DNA of 63,522 nucleotides, counting the filler, from Octopus bimaculoides (taxonomy: Eukaryota): the NCBI RefSeq assembly GCF_001194135.2. It is 3 parts of 3 records of this genome, joined end to end, with 100 filler letters (N's around TTAATTAATTAA, not from the genome) between each part and the next. Parts side by side here need not be neighbours in the genome. Positions count along the whole stretch, not along the records: positions 37,258 to 63,522 come from NC_068984.1; 2 more parts are not named here. One strand, 5' to 3'. Each line of letters begins with the position of its first letter. The first letter of the stretch is position 1. Below are positions 52,455 to 63,522 of this stretch, piece by piece. The notes under the pieces are model-generated. The model searched no databases. It was not told where the DNA came from and saw only the letters and a program-made list of their open reading frames with translations. The translations under genes and the position numbers were made by a program.

Positions 52455-53600
52455 TTGTATTTTTCTTTCACCAACCCGGAGAAAGCTTTTGACAGGATCT
52501 CCACTCCCTGACCTGGTGATCACTGTGGAAGTTAGTAGACAGATGGTTAGGAATCATGCTAGTAAGGTGAGAGTTAATAATGAATACAGCAACAGATTTA
52601 GCGTTTAGGTAAGAGTGTACCAGTGTTTGGCTCTCAATCCCCTCCTGTTTATCATAGACCTCCAAGCCATAACAGAGGAGTTTAAGGTTGGTTTCCCATG
52701 GGAGTTCCTCCATGCTGATGACCTTGTTATTTCAGCTGAATCTATTGCAGAATTTGAAAAGAAATTCTAGGTGTGGAAGCAAAACCTAGAATCAGTGTTG
52801 ACTTTGCAAAGACCAAAGTTTTAATAAGCAGGAAAATAGACATGACTAATCTCATCAGGAAAATACTCCTGTTTGATATGTAAAAAAAGTGTACATAGAA
52901 ATCCCTTATGGCATGTCATTGCAAACTATGAACACATAACAAGTTCAGTGGAATCTCAGGAAGAGTAACAGTGAAAGCAGATTTTTGGAGGATGTGCAGG
53001 CGCAATAAATACTAAGAACACTGAGGAAATAGATTTTCTCAAATGTCCATGTGGATGCTTAGAGATTGTAGATAGATAGTTTCCATTACCTAGTTTTCCT
53101 AATTAGCAGTGGAAGAGGATGTTCTGAAAATGTAGTTGCTAGAATAAAAATCTGCTGGAGAAAATCCAGAGAGTTGGTACCTCTGTTGCTAACAAGAGAC
53201 TTTTCTCTCAAAGTGAAAGGCAGACTGAATGATACTTGTGTATGAACAATGCTACTTGGTGAAATGTGAGCCCTGAATGCAGAGGACATGTGATGACTAT
53301 AAAGAAATGAAGTTAGCATACTCGAAGTGCAGTGTTTGTATGTAAGTTTGACTTAGTCCAAATGTGTTGAAAGAAAAAAAGTAAGAATCATCAGATGTAG
53401 TGTGCAAGAGAAAAGACTGCACTGGTGTGATCATGTGATGTGAATAGGTGGGGATAGCTGCATGAAGAAGTGCCAGTTGCTAAATGTGCATGGAATCTGT
53501 GAAAGAGGGAGACTCAGGAAGACATGGGATGAAATGGTGTTGTTGAACCACATGGAGAAGATGACAGGTGATTTACTGTGCTTAAGAAGACCTATTCTTC
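52440..53600 (+). mobile_element. RTE-clade LINE reverse transcriptase fragment, more decayed
   Basis: FTNPEKAFDRI, EFLHADDLVI, GICERGRLRKTWDEMV motifs with frameshifts. Confidence 0.85.
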
Positions 53601-55859
53601 AGAAAAACAAATTAGGTCTTAAAAGCATAAAATTGATGTGCCCCCACACCCAATCTGTATGTGTCAATCCTTCCTTGCAACTCATCTTCCTAACACCCAG
53701 CACTTATAACTATGATTCTACTTACTCAGGTGCTGTAATTATATGAAAGCAGGGCTGCACATATTCCTCCCTGGAACCACTTCCTTTGTCACCTGTCCTG
53801 CATCCCATTATCACCCTTTCTCACTTTATTTTCTACTAAATGCTCTCATATCTGTCATTGACTCATCTGTGTCACTCATATCCACTCCTACATACCTCTG
53901 ACCTCTCTCTGTTATTATGCATTCCTCTCTCACTCCACAATTCATATCTCCCTATTTCAGTTTTACTATATCTTTGTTCTTCATCCCAACCCATAGGTAT
54001 TTCCACTTACCACCTCTTTCCTAACTGACTCCTATTTTTCTTAGCTCCCCACCAACAGATTTACCGTTGACCATGTTCTCCTCCATGTCCTTCAATGCAT
54101 TTACTTCTATCCCCATCTCTAACCCATCTGTCACTCACTTTTCATACTCTTCTGAACCTACCCATTCACCCACCATCAGTATTCTCTCCCTATTCTCTCT
54201 TATATCCACCTTCTTGTGCTTTGAATGTACACCTTGACACCTTGTGACTATCATCCTTTTTTTCCTCTCCAACTAGGATAGTCATGTATCTCCTCTACAG
54301 CAAGAAACCTGTCGAGGGTTTTGTCTTGCAAGTTACTTGGAGATTTTACTAGTGCTGGTGCTACAAAAAAGTTCTTGAGACACTGAAAAACAGTTGGTGT
54401 TAGCAAGGGTATCTGCCTATAAAAACTGTACCAAGACAGACATTGGAATTCAACTCAGTCTTCTTTTTTGTTAGATCCTGTCAAACTGCCCTACCTAAGC
54501 CAGCATGGAAGGTGACTGGTGAATATGAATTTCTGTGCATATGTCTGCATGGCTTCTTGGTTTATAGATTTAGCTACTGGGGGTTCTACCCCAACAAATG
54601 GCTCATATTTGGAATCAGAGTAAACTTGGGAGTATTTCCCTGGTACATTTTCCCACCAGCCACTGGTGCAAATTTAGACTGCCATTCAAAACATACAACC
54701 AATAAAATGTGAACTAAGAAGTGTACCAATGGAAGTAGAAATAGAGAGCAAACAAGTTGGATATAGGTTGGAGAATTATATTTAACCTATTCAGAAATTG
54801 GATGACAAGCAGTGAAAATAATTAGCATTTTTAGAACTCTGTTTAACTTTTACATATGATTTGGTAGCATAAGTTTCTTACTATTGATTTAGGATAAGCT
54901 GCCTCTGAATAACAATTTTGTTGTTGATCAAATCTATTCCCTCTGGATGAAATCCAAGGAATGTGAAGATTCCTCTTATTGAGTCCATTCTCTAAGAAGA
55001 AAATTTTTTCAGGTGAAGTTTTAGACTGGACAGATCACTAAAATTCAATAGCACTATGACTACAAAAGATTGGGTTAAGTTTTGATTCAACAAATTTTTG
55101 TATGATAAATTTGTTTGTATGTCTTGGACATGACTTCTTCAGTTCAGCATCTCACCATTTCTGCATTTTTTGTCATTTCATTTGTGAAATTCAGCATTCC
55201 GAGATCAGCTTTTATCACTTCTGTCTATGCCTTCCTTGACTTCCTTCTTCCATATTAATCATCTGGTATACTTACTGATATGTCATCAGCCATGTGCATT
55301 ATGTGCCTGCATCAACATATGCTACATCTGATTTCTCATATTCAATTTTTTTTTCAACTTACCTGTGCCTCATTTTCTTGTACCCAAGCATTACACATCC
55401 AACAAAATATGTTCACTTCATTTCTCCTTTGGAGATCTGCAATCAGTTTCATGCAACATAACATTTCATACAGAGGTATCATACAGTCTATCTTTGTTTT
55501 AAAGAGAGCAAAGACACATGTAGGTAATTACATACATTTTTCTCTTTCCTTTATCACTTATTATTGACATTCTTCACTCCCATCCATTGCTAGTGTCATA
55601 ATAAAGTACACCCAGTAGACTCTCTAATGTGGTTGATGATAGAAAAGGCATCTATACCATTGTTAATATGTATGAGTAAGATGTAGTCTCTGAACTAAGA
55701 GGACAGTAACGATCCCCAGCCCACTGCCTAATCCATACCAATATGAAAATCTGGATGTAAACTGATGCTGATGATTTCCATATAAACACATATACATGTA
55801 GACATAGACATCTGTTTTATTCATTGTTTGTCTGTTTTATTATTTCAAATAAAAATCAG

Positions 55860-56005
55860 CCCTGTTACTATGACATCTACTGCTGCAGAACCATTGAAAA
55901 TGAGTCCCACTAAATCAGAAACAACTCAGAAATCTAGTGGCAATGGAACTAAGATGGAATCGTTATTGAAAGAAGTTTACCGAATGCACAAGGAAGTTGT
56001 TAGGT
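55860..56005 (+). CDS. Unidentified protein-coding exon (ATG at 55870)
   Basis: aaaatcag acceptor, AGGT|gtaagt donor; MTSTAAEPLKMSPTKSETTQKSSGNGTKMESLLKEVYRMHKEVVR; frame continues into the next exon. Confidence 0.6.
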
Positions 56006-56093
56006 GTAAGTAGAATTTGTAATCATCTGAATATTTGAGACTTTTTGTGACTTCTAAAAGAAATTGAAGTTTTGTAAATATCTTTTCTAACAG

Positions 56094-56148
56094 CATCCAG
56101 CCAAGTATGGAAAGATAAGTTTATTAAGATGAAGAGAATAAAAAACAA
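56094..56148 (+). CDS. Unidentified gene, next coding exon
   Basis: ttttctaacag acceptor and AA|gtaagt donor after an 88-nt intron; in frame SSSQVWKDKFIKMKRIKN(K). Confidence 0.6.
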
Positions 56149-56352
56149 GTAAGTAGATTTTACTGATACTATTTGGACTTTTTCTGATGATTAGACTCCT
56201 ATGTGACTCAATAAATTTTCAATATAATCAAGATTTTTCAAGTCAAATATTGGTCACATAATGTGTTGTGTTGACTGATTGAAATCTTACCTCATTCATG
56301 TCACAATGAGATTTTGATTGGGATATTAATTTAAATAAGATCATTTTAATAG

Positions 56353-56364
56353 GGGCAGTCTCAG
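56353..56364 (+). CDS. Probable 12-nt microexon of the unidentified gene
   Basis: cattttaatag|GGGCAGTCTCAG|gtgagt; symmetric phase 2/2, adds (K)GSL(R) with no stop. Confidence 0.45.
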
Positions 56365-56517
56365 GTGAGTTTATATTAGTCGGACTGGTGTCCTCATCTT
56401 GATTCTTACTGTCACTATGTTTCAGCTGTTGTACACTCCAGCCTTCCTCAAGTGTCTTGTGTTAAACTCAGTTGTTGTATTCAGAATTTCAAACCTAACT
56501 TTTTATTTGATCTACAG

Positions 56518-56593
56518 GGATACACTGTTTTCATTCCACTCTCTACATTTTGTGACATTTTATGATTCAGTTAAATTATGTGAATTACCGTAG
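56518..56593 (+). CDS. Possible further exon of the unidentified gene
   Basis: Branch point and pyrimidine tract cctaactttttatttgatctacag; the phase-2 frame is the longest open one (RDTLFSFHSLHFVTFYDSVKLCELP*); 3' end uncertain. Confidence 0.35.
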
Positions 56594-56609
56594 AGCCTTG
56601 CTTGAGAGT

Positions 56610-58175
56610 GAACTCAGAATCTCTGTTTGATTGCACTGTATTAACCAATGTCGTTATCTACTACACTATGCCTGTAGAGTTTAATCCTAGATTAGGCACT
56701 AAGGTAATTCACATAATTCAACTGAAGCAGAAAATGTCACAAAACACAGAGAATGGAATGAGAGACCAGGGCAGTGGAGAATACAAAAATAAATCCCAAA
56801 GCCTTCTACAAGTTTACAAATGAGTCTGTCTTGGTGCACAACAAGACAGGGTCACTGTTTGAAGAACATGGCTCACTAACTGTGAATCCCAAGAGGATAA
56901 GTGAAATACTAAATAAACAATTCCAGAGTGTTTTCACTTTTCCACTGAGAAACATGTAAAATAAGCAAGCCTAAAGAGTTTTTCAACACTGCAGACTTAC
57001 ATGGGAAAGAGGCAACCATCAATTACATCAGCATAAAAGAGGAAGATGTAATATTGACCACTGATGAAATTAACTCAAACTCAGTAGTGGGCCTGGATGG
57101 ATTTCCACCTGTTTCTAAAAACAAGCAAGAAAGCTCTTGCAAAACCACTTTAAATACTCTTTCAGAGTTTCCTTGCATGAGGCAAACTTCCTAAACTGTT
57201 AAATGAGGGTATCATATGCCCTGTCCATAAAGGAGAAAACAGCAGATGCTAAATATTACAAACCTGGCTCTCTGACTTCACATGTTAGCAAGGTTATGGA
57301 ATGCATTATCAGAAGGAGACTAACTTGCTCAGAAACATACAACATTGTTTCCGCCCAAGGAGGAGCTACCTCACACAGCTACTGGAACATTATGACTGGG
57401 TTCTGAAACATCAGTTCAACCACTCAAATGTGAATGTGATATGTCTCAACTTTGCCAAAGCCTTTGACAAAGTTGACCATGGGACGATATGTTACAACCT
57501 ATGTAACCTTGGTATCACTGGAAACCTGGGAGAGTGACTGCACAACTTTTTAAAAGACAATAGTCAGATGATTGCAGCCAATGTTGCACTCTCTGGAGAG
57601 ATATTGATCCACAGCAGAGTTTCTTAAGGAATGGTACTAGGACCAGTACTGTTTGTGATGGCTCAGATATGTCCTCAGTCATACAGTCAGCCACTCTCAC
57701 CAGCTACGCTCACGATACTAAAGTATCACAGGTGGTCAAGGACCTTGATGACATAGTAAAACTACAAAACAACCTGCATGCAATATACAAATGGGCTGAT
57801 GAAAATAACATGCAGTTCAATGCTAATAAGTTTTAGGCACTCCCCTATCGGCCCACAAACAGACTACAATCGGAATACATAGGACCAGGGGGTAGTGCAA
57901 TCCTAGAGTTCAAATCAGTGTATGACCAGGGAATCGATGAGTAACGATTGAACATTCTATGTGTATATTTTCAAGGTGGCAACGTTGTGCAGGTGAGTAG
58001 CTGGATGGATCTTTAGGTCATTCAGAACCAGAAATAAGGATACCTTGTTATACCTATGGATGATTTTAGTTCTCAGTCATCTGGATTACTGCTCCCAACT
58101 TTTGTTGCTGCAGAGTGTCAAACTGGTGGCAAAACTTGAGGCAATCCAGCACCACTACACAAAGAAGATTGACTT
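56610..58175 (+). mobile_element. CR1/L2-like LINE reverse transcriptase remnant
   Basis: KINPKAFYKF, GLDGFPP, QHCFRPRRSYLTQLLEHYD, LNFAKAFDKVDH, VLGPVLF, YAHDTKV, KWADENNMQFNANKF. Confidence 0.85.
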
Positions 58176-58177
58176 GG

Positions 58178-61100
58178 TGTTATGTTATGGGTTTTGAATA
58201 TCTCATTGCCAATAATGTTATGGTGATGTTGTAAGTGCAGATTGGTGTCGAAGAGTATTTCTCAAGTAAATATTTGGATATGGTTATCTAGAACAATCTT
58301 TTGCAGAATTAATATGTTCACACAGAATGTGCTCCATACTATGCCAATGTAGATGCGATATTAAACTAACACAGTAATCCAATATGAATGATCAATGCTG
58401 TCAACTGCCTGCTGTAAACCACTCTGTTAACTGCTGACTGTCAACCGAACTAACCTGTGTTCACTTTGAGTCACATGGGGGTGGTCAGGATCCTTCCACA
58501 TCCTTTTTTGAGAATTAGTCTCTCATAACTTCTGCCCTTTTTAAACTTTTTCCAGAGTTTTAATATCTCTTACACATAGGGTTTAATTCCAGTATTTTTG
58601 TTCTTTTCTTTTTCTGTTACTTGAATGTGTAGTTTCAATTTGTTTGGGTGTTGGCACCTCAAATGTGTCATATAATACTTCCATGGGGAAGTTGGTTTGT
58701 ATATCTTTTATATTCAAAATTTTTCCTTTTACCAAGAATGATATTTTTCCAATTTGTTCAATAATTACATTGTCCTCTCAGCTTCCTTTACCATATCTAT
58801 ACATTTTGAAAAACACTTTGTCACCTATCTTGAAAAATTTTGAAGTATATATGTTGTTCACCATTTTTCTTTTTTTTTACTTGGTATCAACTTATCAAAG
58901 CCAGATCTGATCTTTCTAGCATACATTAATTCCACAGGTGACATTCCAGACAGGGTATTTGGATTAGATGTTACTCAGTACACTCTTAGAAATTGTTGAA
59001 GTGCTAGGTCATCCATTACTTCATTGTTCGTCTTTTAAAGCCCTCTTAAAAGTATCAACAAAACACTCCGCTTGTCCATTTGACCTAGGATGATACAGTG
59101 GAGTGGTCACATGTTCGATAATGAACATTTTACAAAATTTTTTGAACTTGTCTGAAGTAAATTGAGTTCCATTATCAGGAATACCATATGTAGTGAATAA
59201 TTTGTGTAAAAGACTTACTGTAATTTCAGATTTTGGCTTTTTACACTTATGCACTTCAGGCCACTTTGAAAAACTGTCCACTACAACAAGTGTTGATCAG
59301 TTTTTGACCATGATTGCCATTTAGCGGTAGGTGCTTTTGCTGCTAGGGCACAACCTCTTCATGCTTTCACTAGTTTTTCAATGTCATGGTCCTTTCTTGG
59401 CCAATACACATAACTCTTCAAAATCCCTGGGTGACCAATGTGAAATTCCTTTAGTAATTGCTTCTGTAGTGTGGCTGGTACTACGACTCTGGGTGTACAT
59501 CAATGCATTGTCACAAATTGAGAACATATTCAAATTTGTGTTGCATTCTGCAAAGCACATATTTTTATCTCTTTTAGCCTTCTGCATTTCTTTCACTTTT
59601 TTTAATGAATTGATCGTTTTCCACTTTTAATTTTATGTCTTGTAATGAAACTGATAGTTCACTTGTGATATTACACAAAACATTTTTAACTTCATTTTCT
59701 GCTCACAAAGGAGCAGTCACGGTATCCTCAAATGGTTCTGTATTTTTCGAAATCAGTCTTGATAAACAATCAGCATGTCTTAATTTCTTAGGTGGTATAA
59801 ATTCCATCTTAAAATCATAGTTTAGTAATATAATACCCCAGCATTGCAACCTATTAGCAGTATGGGTAGGGATTCCTTTCTTTGACCCATATATAGATAG
59901 TAACAGATGTAGATCAGTCTGTAGTCGAAATTTTCTACCTTGTAAAAATCTATGAAATTTTTTTATGACAAAAATAATCGCCAGAGCCTCTTTTTCAATT
60001 TGGCTGTAATTTTTTTCTGCTGGTAGTAGCGAAAGTGAGGCATGAACCATGGCCTTCGTGTTACCATCCCTATATTTATGTAGCATTACTGCTCCATTAC
60101 CATACTCAAAAGCATCTGAAGCTACTACAATCTCCACTGCAGGATCGAAATGTGCTAAAGACAAATCAAATGTCAACATCGTTTTAATTTTGTTGAACGC
60201 CTGATGACAATTTTCAAACCAATTCCACTTTACATATTTTTTTTTAGTAGATTATTTCATGCATATTTGATATATAATATGCATATTTGCATATTTGGTA
60301 ACAATTTGCATATTTGGTATATAAATTTGATAACAATTTGCAAGTCCCCAAAAAAGCTTGTAAGATAGATATATGTGTTGGAGGGGGCATATTTTTAATT
60401 GCATCTGCCCTTGATGGATTTTTATCAATGATTTGTCGTAAATATTTAATTTAAGGTAAGAAAAATCCACACTTCTCACTCAGAGTGAAGCTGTAATCCC
60501 TTATTTTTTTCAACACATATTTTATGTGCTTGACATGCTGATCCTAGGGATTCACTTTTAATTAATATATCATTCAGGTAAGCCATTACAGTCACACTCT
60601 GCAAGTATCATATCCATCACCATTTAAAATATAGCTTGAGCAACTTTTATGCCAAATGGAAGCTGGTTAAACTTGTACAGACCTTTGTGTATTGATTGTT
60701 AGTTGCTTAGAACATTCATCTTCCACTTGTATCTGTAAGCAGGCATTAGACGGATCTAATTTTGAAAATAATTTACCTCCATTTAGTTTGAGAAGATTTC
60801 CTCTGGGCTAGGTAATGGGTAGTTATACTGTTTTAAACAGTTGTTTAATCCCATCAAGAAATCTGCACAAACATGTATTTTATTGTTTCTTTAACCCTTT
60901 CGTTACTAACCCAGCCGTAGCTGGCCGAGTGTACCCATTGTTATTTAAATGTATATTTGAACCCAAATCTCATTAGTACATTCGTTAAAACACCTGATTT
61001 CACTTTGCAAACAGTTGAGTTATTGTATCCGACAGTGTTTGGCGTGATATTTGAACTCAGTGAATTTTGGAAGATTTTTTTCCACATTTTTTGCAGCGTT

Positions 61101-63080
61101 AATTTTTTTCAACTTTGAAGATGGAGAGGAGTTTCATGCTATCAAGCAGTGATTCCGAATTTGAAGGTTTTTCAACAGAAGATATGGAGATATCGAAGAA
61201 AAGAATGAATGAGCTACAAAAGCACGTGGTGAACGATAATAAATCGGATATTTCTGTATCCGAAACTGANNNNNNNNNNNNNNNNNNNNNNNNNNNNNNN
61301 NNNNNNNNNNNNNNNNNNNNNNNNNNNNNNNNNNNNNNNNNNNNNNNNNNNNNNNNNNNNNNNNNNNNNNNNNNNNNNNNNNNNNNNNNNNNNNNNNNNN
61401 NNNNNNNNNNNNNNNNNNNNNNNNNNNNNNNNNNNNNNNNNNNNNNNNNNNNNNNNNNNNNNNNNNNNNNNNNNNNNNNNNNNNNNNNNNNNNNNNNNNN
61501 NNNNNNNNNNNNNNNNNNNNNNNNNNNNNNNNNNNNNNNNNNNNNNNNNNNNNNNNNNNNNNNNNNNNNNNNNNNNNNNNNNNNNNNNNNNNNNNNNNNN
61601 NNNNNNNNNNNNNNNNNNNNNNNNNNNNNNNNNNNNNNNNNAACTTTGAGACAAAAATTATGTAATAGAATTAAGAACCCTTTCTTTAATTATGTTCCAA
61701 ATATCACATTAATATATTGATAAATAAAAAAAGTTACAGGTGTTTAATGAGACTAGTCTAAATTCATGATTATTTTAGAATTTAATTGAAACTCACGAGG
61801 GGTGTATTTTGGTCAGAAATATAGTAACGAAAGGGTTAATGTACATACAGTTGGACATGCCGAATCTGAGTAATTGATCTTTTCAATGAATCTCATTTTT
61901 TCCTGTCTGTCTAATTCCTTATTTACCTGTTCCAGTGCTGCAAACAGTACATTACATTTGGGTTTGAAAACTGGTAATGCATTTTCTTTCATCTGAAATT
62001 TGGCTTTGAATTTATTGCACTGACACCAACTTGTCCAAGAAAACATCAGGGAACAACCTTTTCACTTTTTCTTAATTTTCTGAGTCTGTATTTCATTTTT
62101 ACAAAAATTATTTATGGGTAAATCCCATAAGTAGAACAGTTCCATCCAGTTAGTTTGAAAAAGGTTGCTTGTATTTTTTAATACATAAGCTTTCACTTTT
62201 ATTATCTTACCATGAAATATAACATGACAAATAATTTCACCTTCAAAAATTAATTTAATAATACGTTTGTATTATTCATTTTTACATACATAAATTTCCT
62301 TTGTAGCTTGTTTGTCTTTCTTGTCACCGATAAACTGTTTATGTGATTTTTTTCTGCCGAACCGTTTTTTAGGTTTTGTTTCACAGTGTAATTTTTTATG
62401 ACCTATCTTAGCACACTTGAAGCATTTTTGATTTTTATAAGGACAATTGAATCTGTAGTGTAATTCTCCACATCCAAAACATGGGTTAATTTTCTACTTT
62501 TCATTACTTACAGTTGCACCAATTGTATATGTGAGTTAATTTTTTACTTTCCATTTCTTACTTTAGGTTGCACTGATTTTATATGGGAGCAGGTACCATA
62601 TTGTGCCTTAGGTTTATTATTCTCTGGCATTCTTTATATATTTCTTGTAGTGTTAGCTTCTGATTCTGCTCTAATTTAGTGAGAATTTGGTACAAATTTC
62701 TGCGTTTTTCTTTGCTGTTAAACCTTGCACGGAAATTAAGCATTTAAACATATCTGGTGTTAGTTCATTAATTTTAAATCTCTCATATTCCCTATTAACG
62801 ATTCCAGCGTATGTAATAAAATCTTCGTATTCTTTTTTTAATAATATTCATGCAGTGCCAACGTGTATTAAATAAAGAGCTTTTCTCACTGAAAATCTTT
62901 GAAGGATATCAACAGTTTCTTTAAAACAGACTTCTCCCAGTCCTTTTGGTAATACATAGTTGCAGTATTTTTCATGCTTGGCTGGGGCCAACTTTCTCAA
63001 CAAAAGTTAGGGTTTTTTTCATCTTGCCAGGCTGAGCACTGCTCTTTAAAAATATCTTCATACCTTCTGTAGTATGCAGG
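58178..63080 (-). mobile_element. Degenerate Gypsy/Ty3 LTR retrotransposon
   Basis: Gag knuckle CGELHYRFNCPYKNQKCFKCAKIGHK (about 62390-62490), pre-RT PVFKPK..V.FAALEQV.KELDR, RNase H ASDAFEYGNGAV..NYSQIEKEALAIIF..KFH, integrase DSFSKWPEV..DNGTQF..YHPRSNGQAE; possible PPT and 3' LTR at about 58178-58500; 5' LTR not identified. Confidence 0.9.
60895..61835 (+). mobile_element. piggyBac-like element (internally deleted or gapped) inserted in the Gypsy
   Basis: TTAA target duplication at 60891-60894 and 61836-61839; 14-bp TIR CCCTTTCGTTACTA; acidic N-terminus MERSFMLSSSDSEFEGFSTED; centre is an N gap. Confidence 0.9.
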
Positions 63081-63140
63081 AAAATTAATACCCTCATCTG
63101 GGTTATATGTGAATTCACTGATGGTGTTTGCAACCGTATC

Positions 63141-63522
63141 AGGGGTGAACGAAGTCAGTGTATGTATATATGTATGTATGTATATATATATATATATATG
63201 TCATCATCATCATCGTTTAACGTCCGCTTTCCATGCTAGCATGGGTTGGACGATTTGACTGAGGACTGGTGAAACCGGATGGCAACACCAGGCTCCAGTC
63301 TGATTTGGCAGAGTTTCTACAGCTGGATGCCCTTCCTAACGCCAACCACTCAGAGAGTGTAGTGGGTGCTTTTACGTGTCACCCGCACGAAAACGGCCAC
63401 GCTCGAAATGGTGTCTTTTATGTGCCACCCGCACAAGCCAGTCCAGGGGCACTGGCAACGATCTCGCTCGAAAATCCTACAGGAGCCAGTCAGGCGGTAC
63501 TGGCAACGGCCACGCTCAAAAT
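63141..63522 (-). mobile_element. Young RTE-tail repeat, runs off the window end
   Basis: Appears identical by eye to the 40.1 kb copy apart from (cat)n length. Confidence 0.9.

Overview
AT-rich, repeat-dense animal genomic DNA with scaffold gaps. The (CAT)n-tailed RTE/SINE families and tRNA-SINEs suggest an octopus; this is an inference from repeat types, not a lookup. Host genes: (1) three minus-strand coding exons of TARDBP/TDP-43 (NLS, RRM1, RRM2 and low-complexity tail; 27337-28591), whose N-terminal exon I could not find; (2) two minus-strand exons (49371-49527, 37909-38038) that splice in frame into a Cys-rich pinocchio-like protein, whose last exon I could not find; (3) an unrecognised plus-strand gene with in-frame exons at 55860-56005 and 56094-56148 and a probable 12-nt microexon. 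Most of the rest is transposon debris: RTE, CR1-like, R4/Dong-like and HERO/NeSL-like LINEs, tRNA-SINEs, mariner/Tc1, three Helitron copies, and a Gypsy element with a nested piggyBac. The least expected signals are two ORF-less foldback elements carrying Penelope-type minimal hammerhead ribozyme motifs in both arms (one in the intron upstream of the recovered TARDBP exons), a TARDBP poly(A) site whose GU-rich downstream element could bind TDP-43, a retroelement fragment sitting in a (TACA)n microsatellite, two long hairpins, and an unexplained CpG-retaining block with paired E2F motifs. Exon coordinates were counted by hand; repeat boundaries are approximate. No database search was run.
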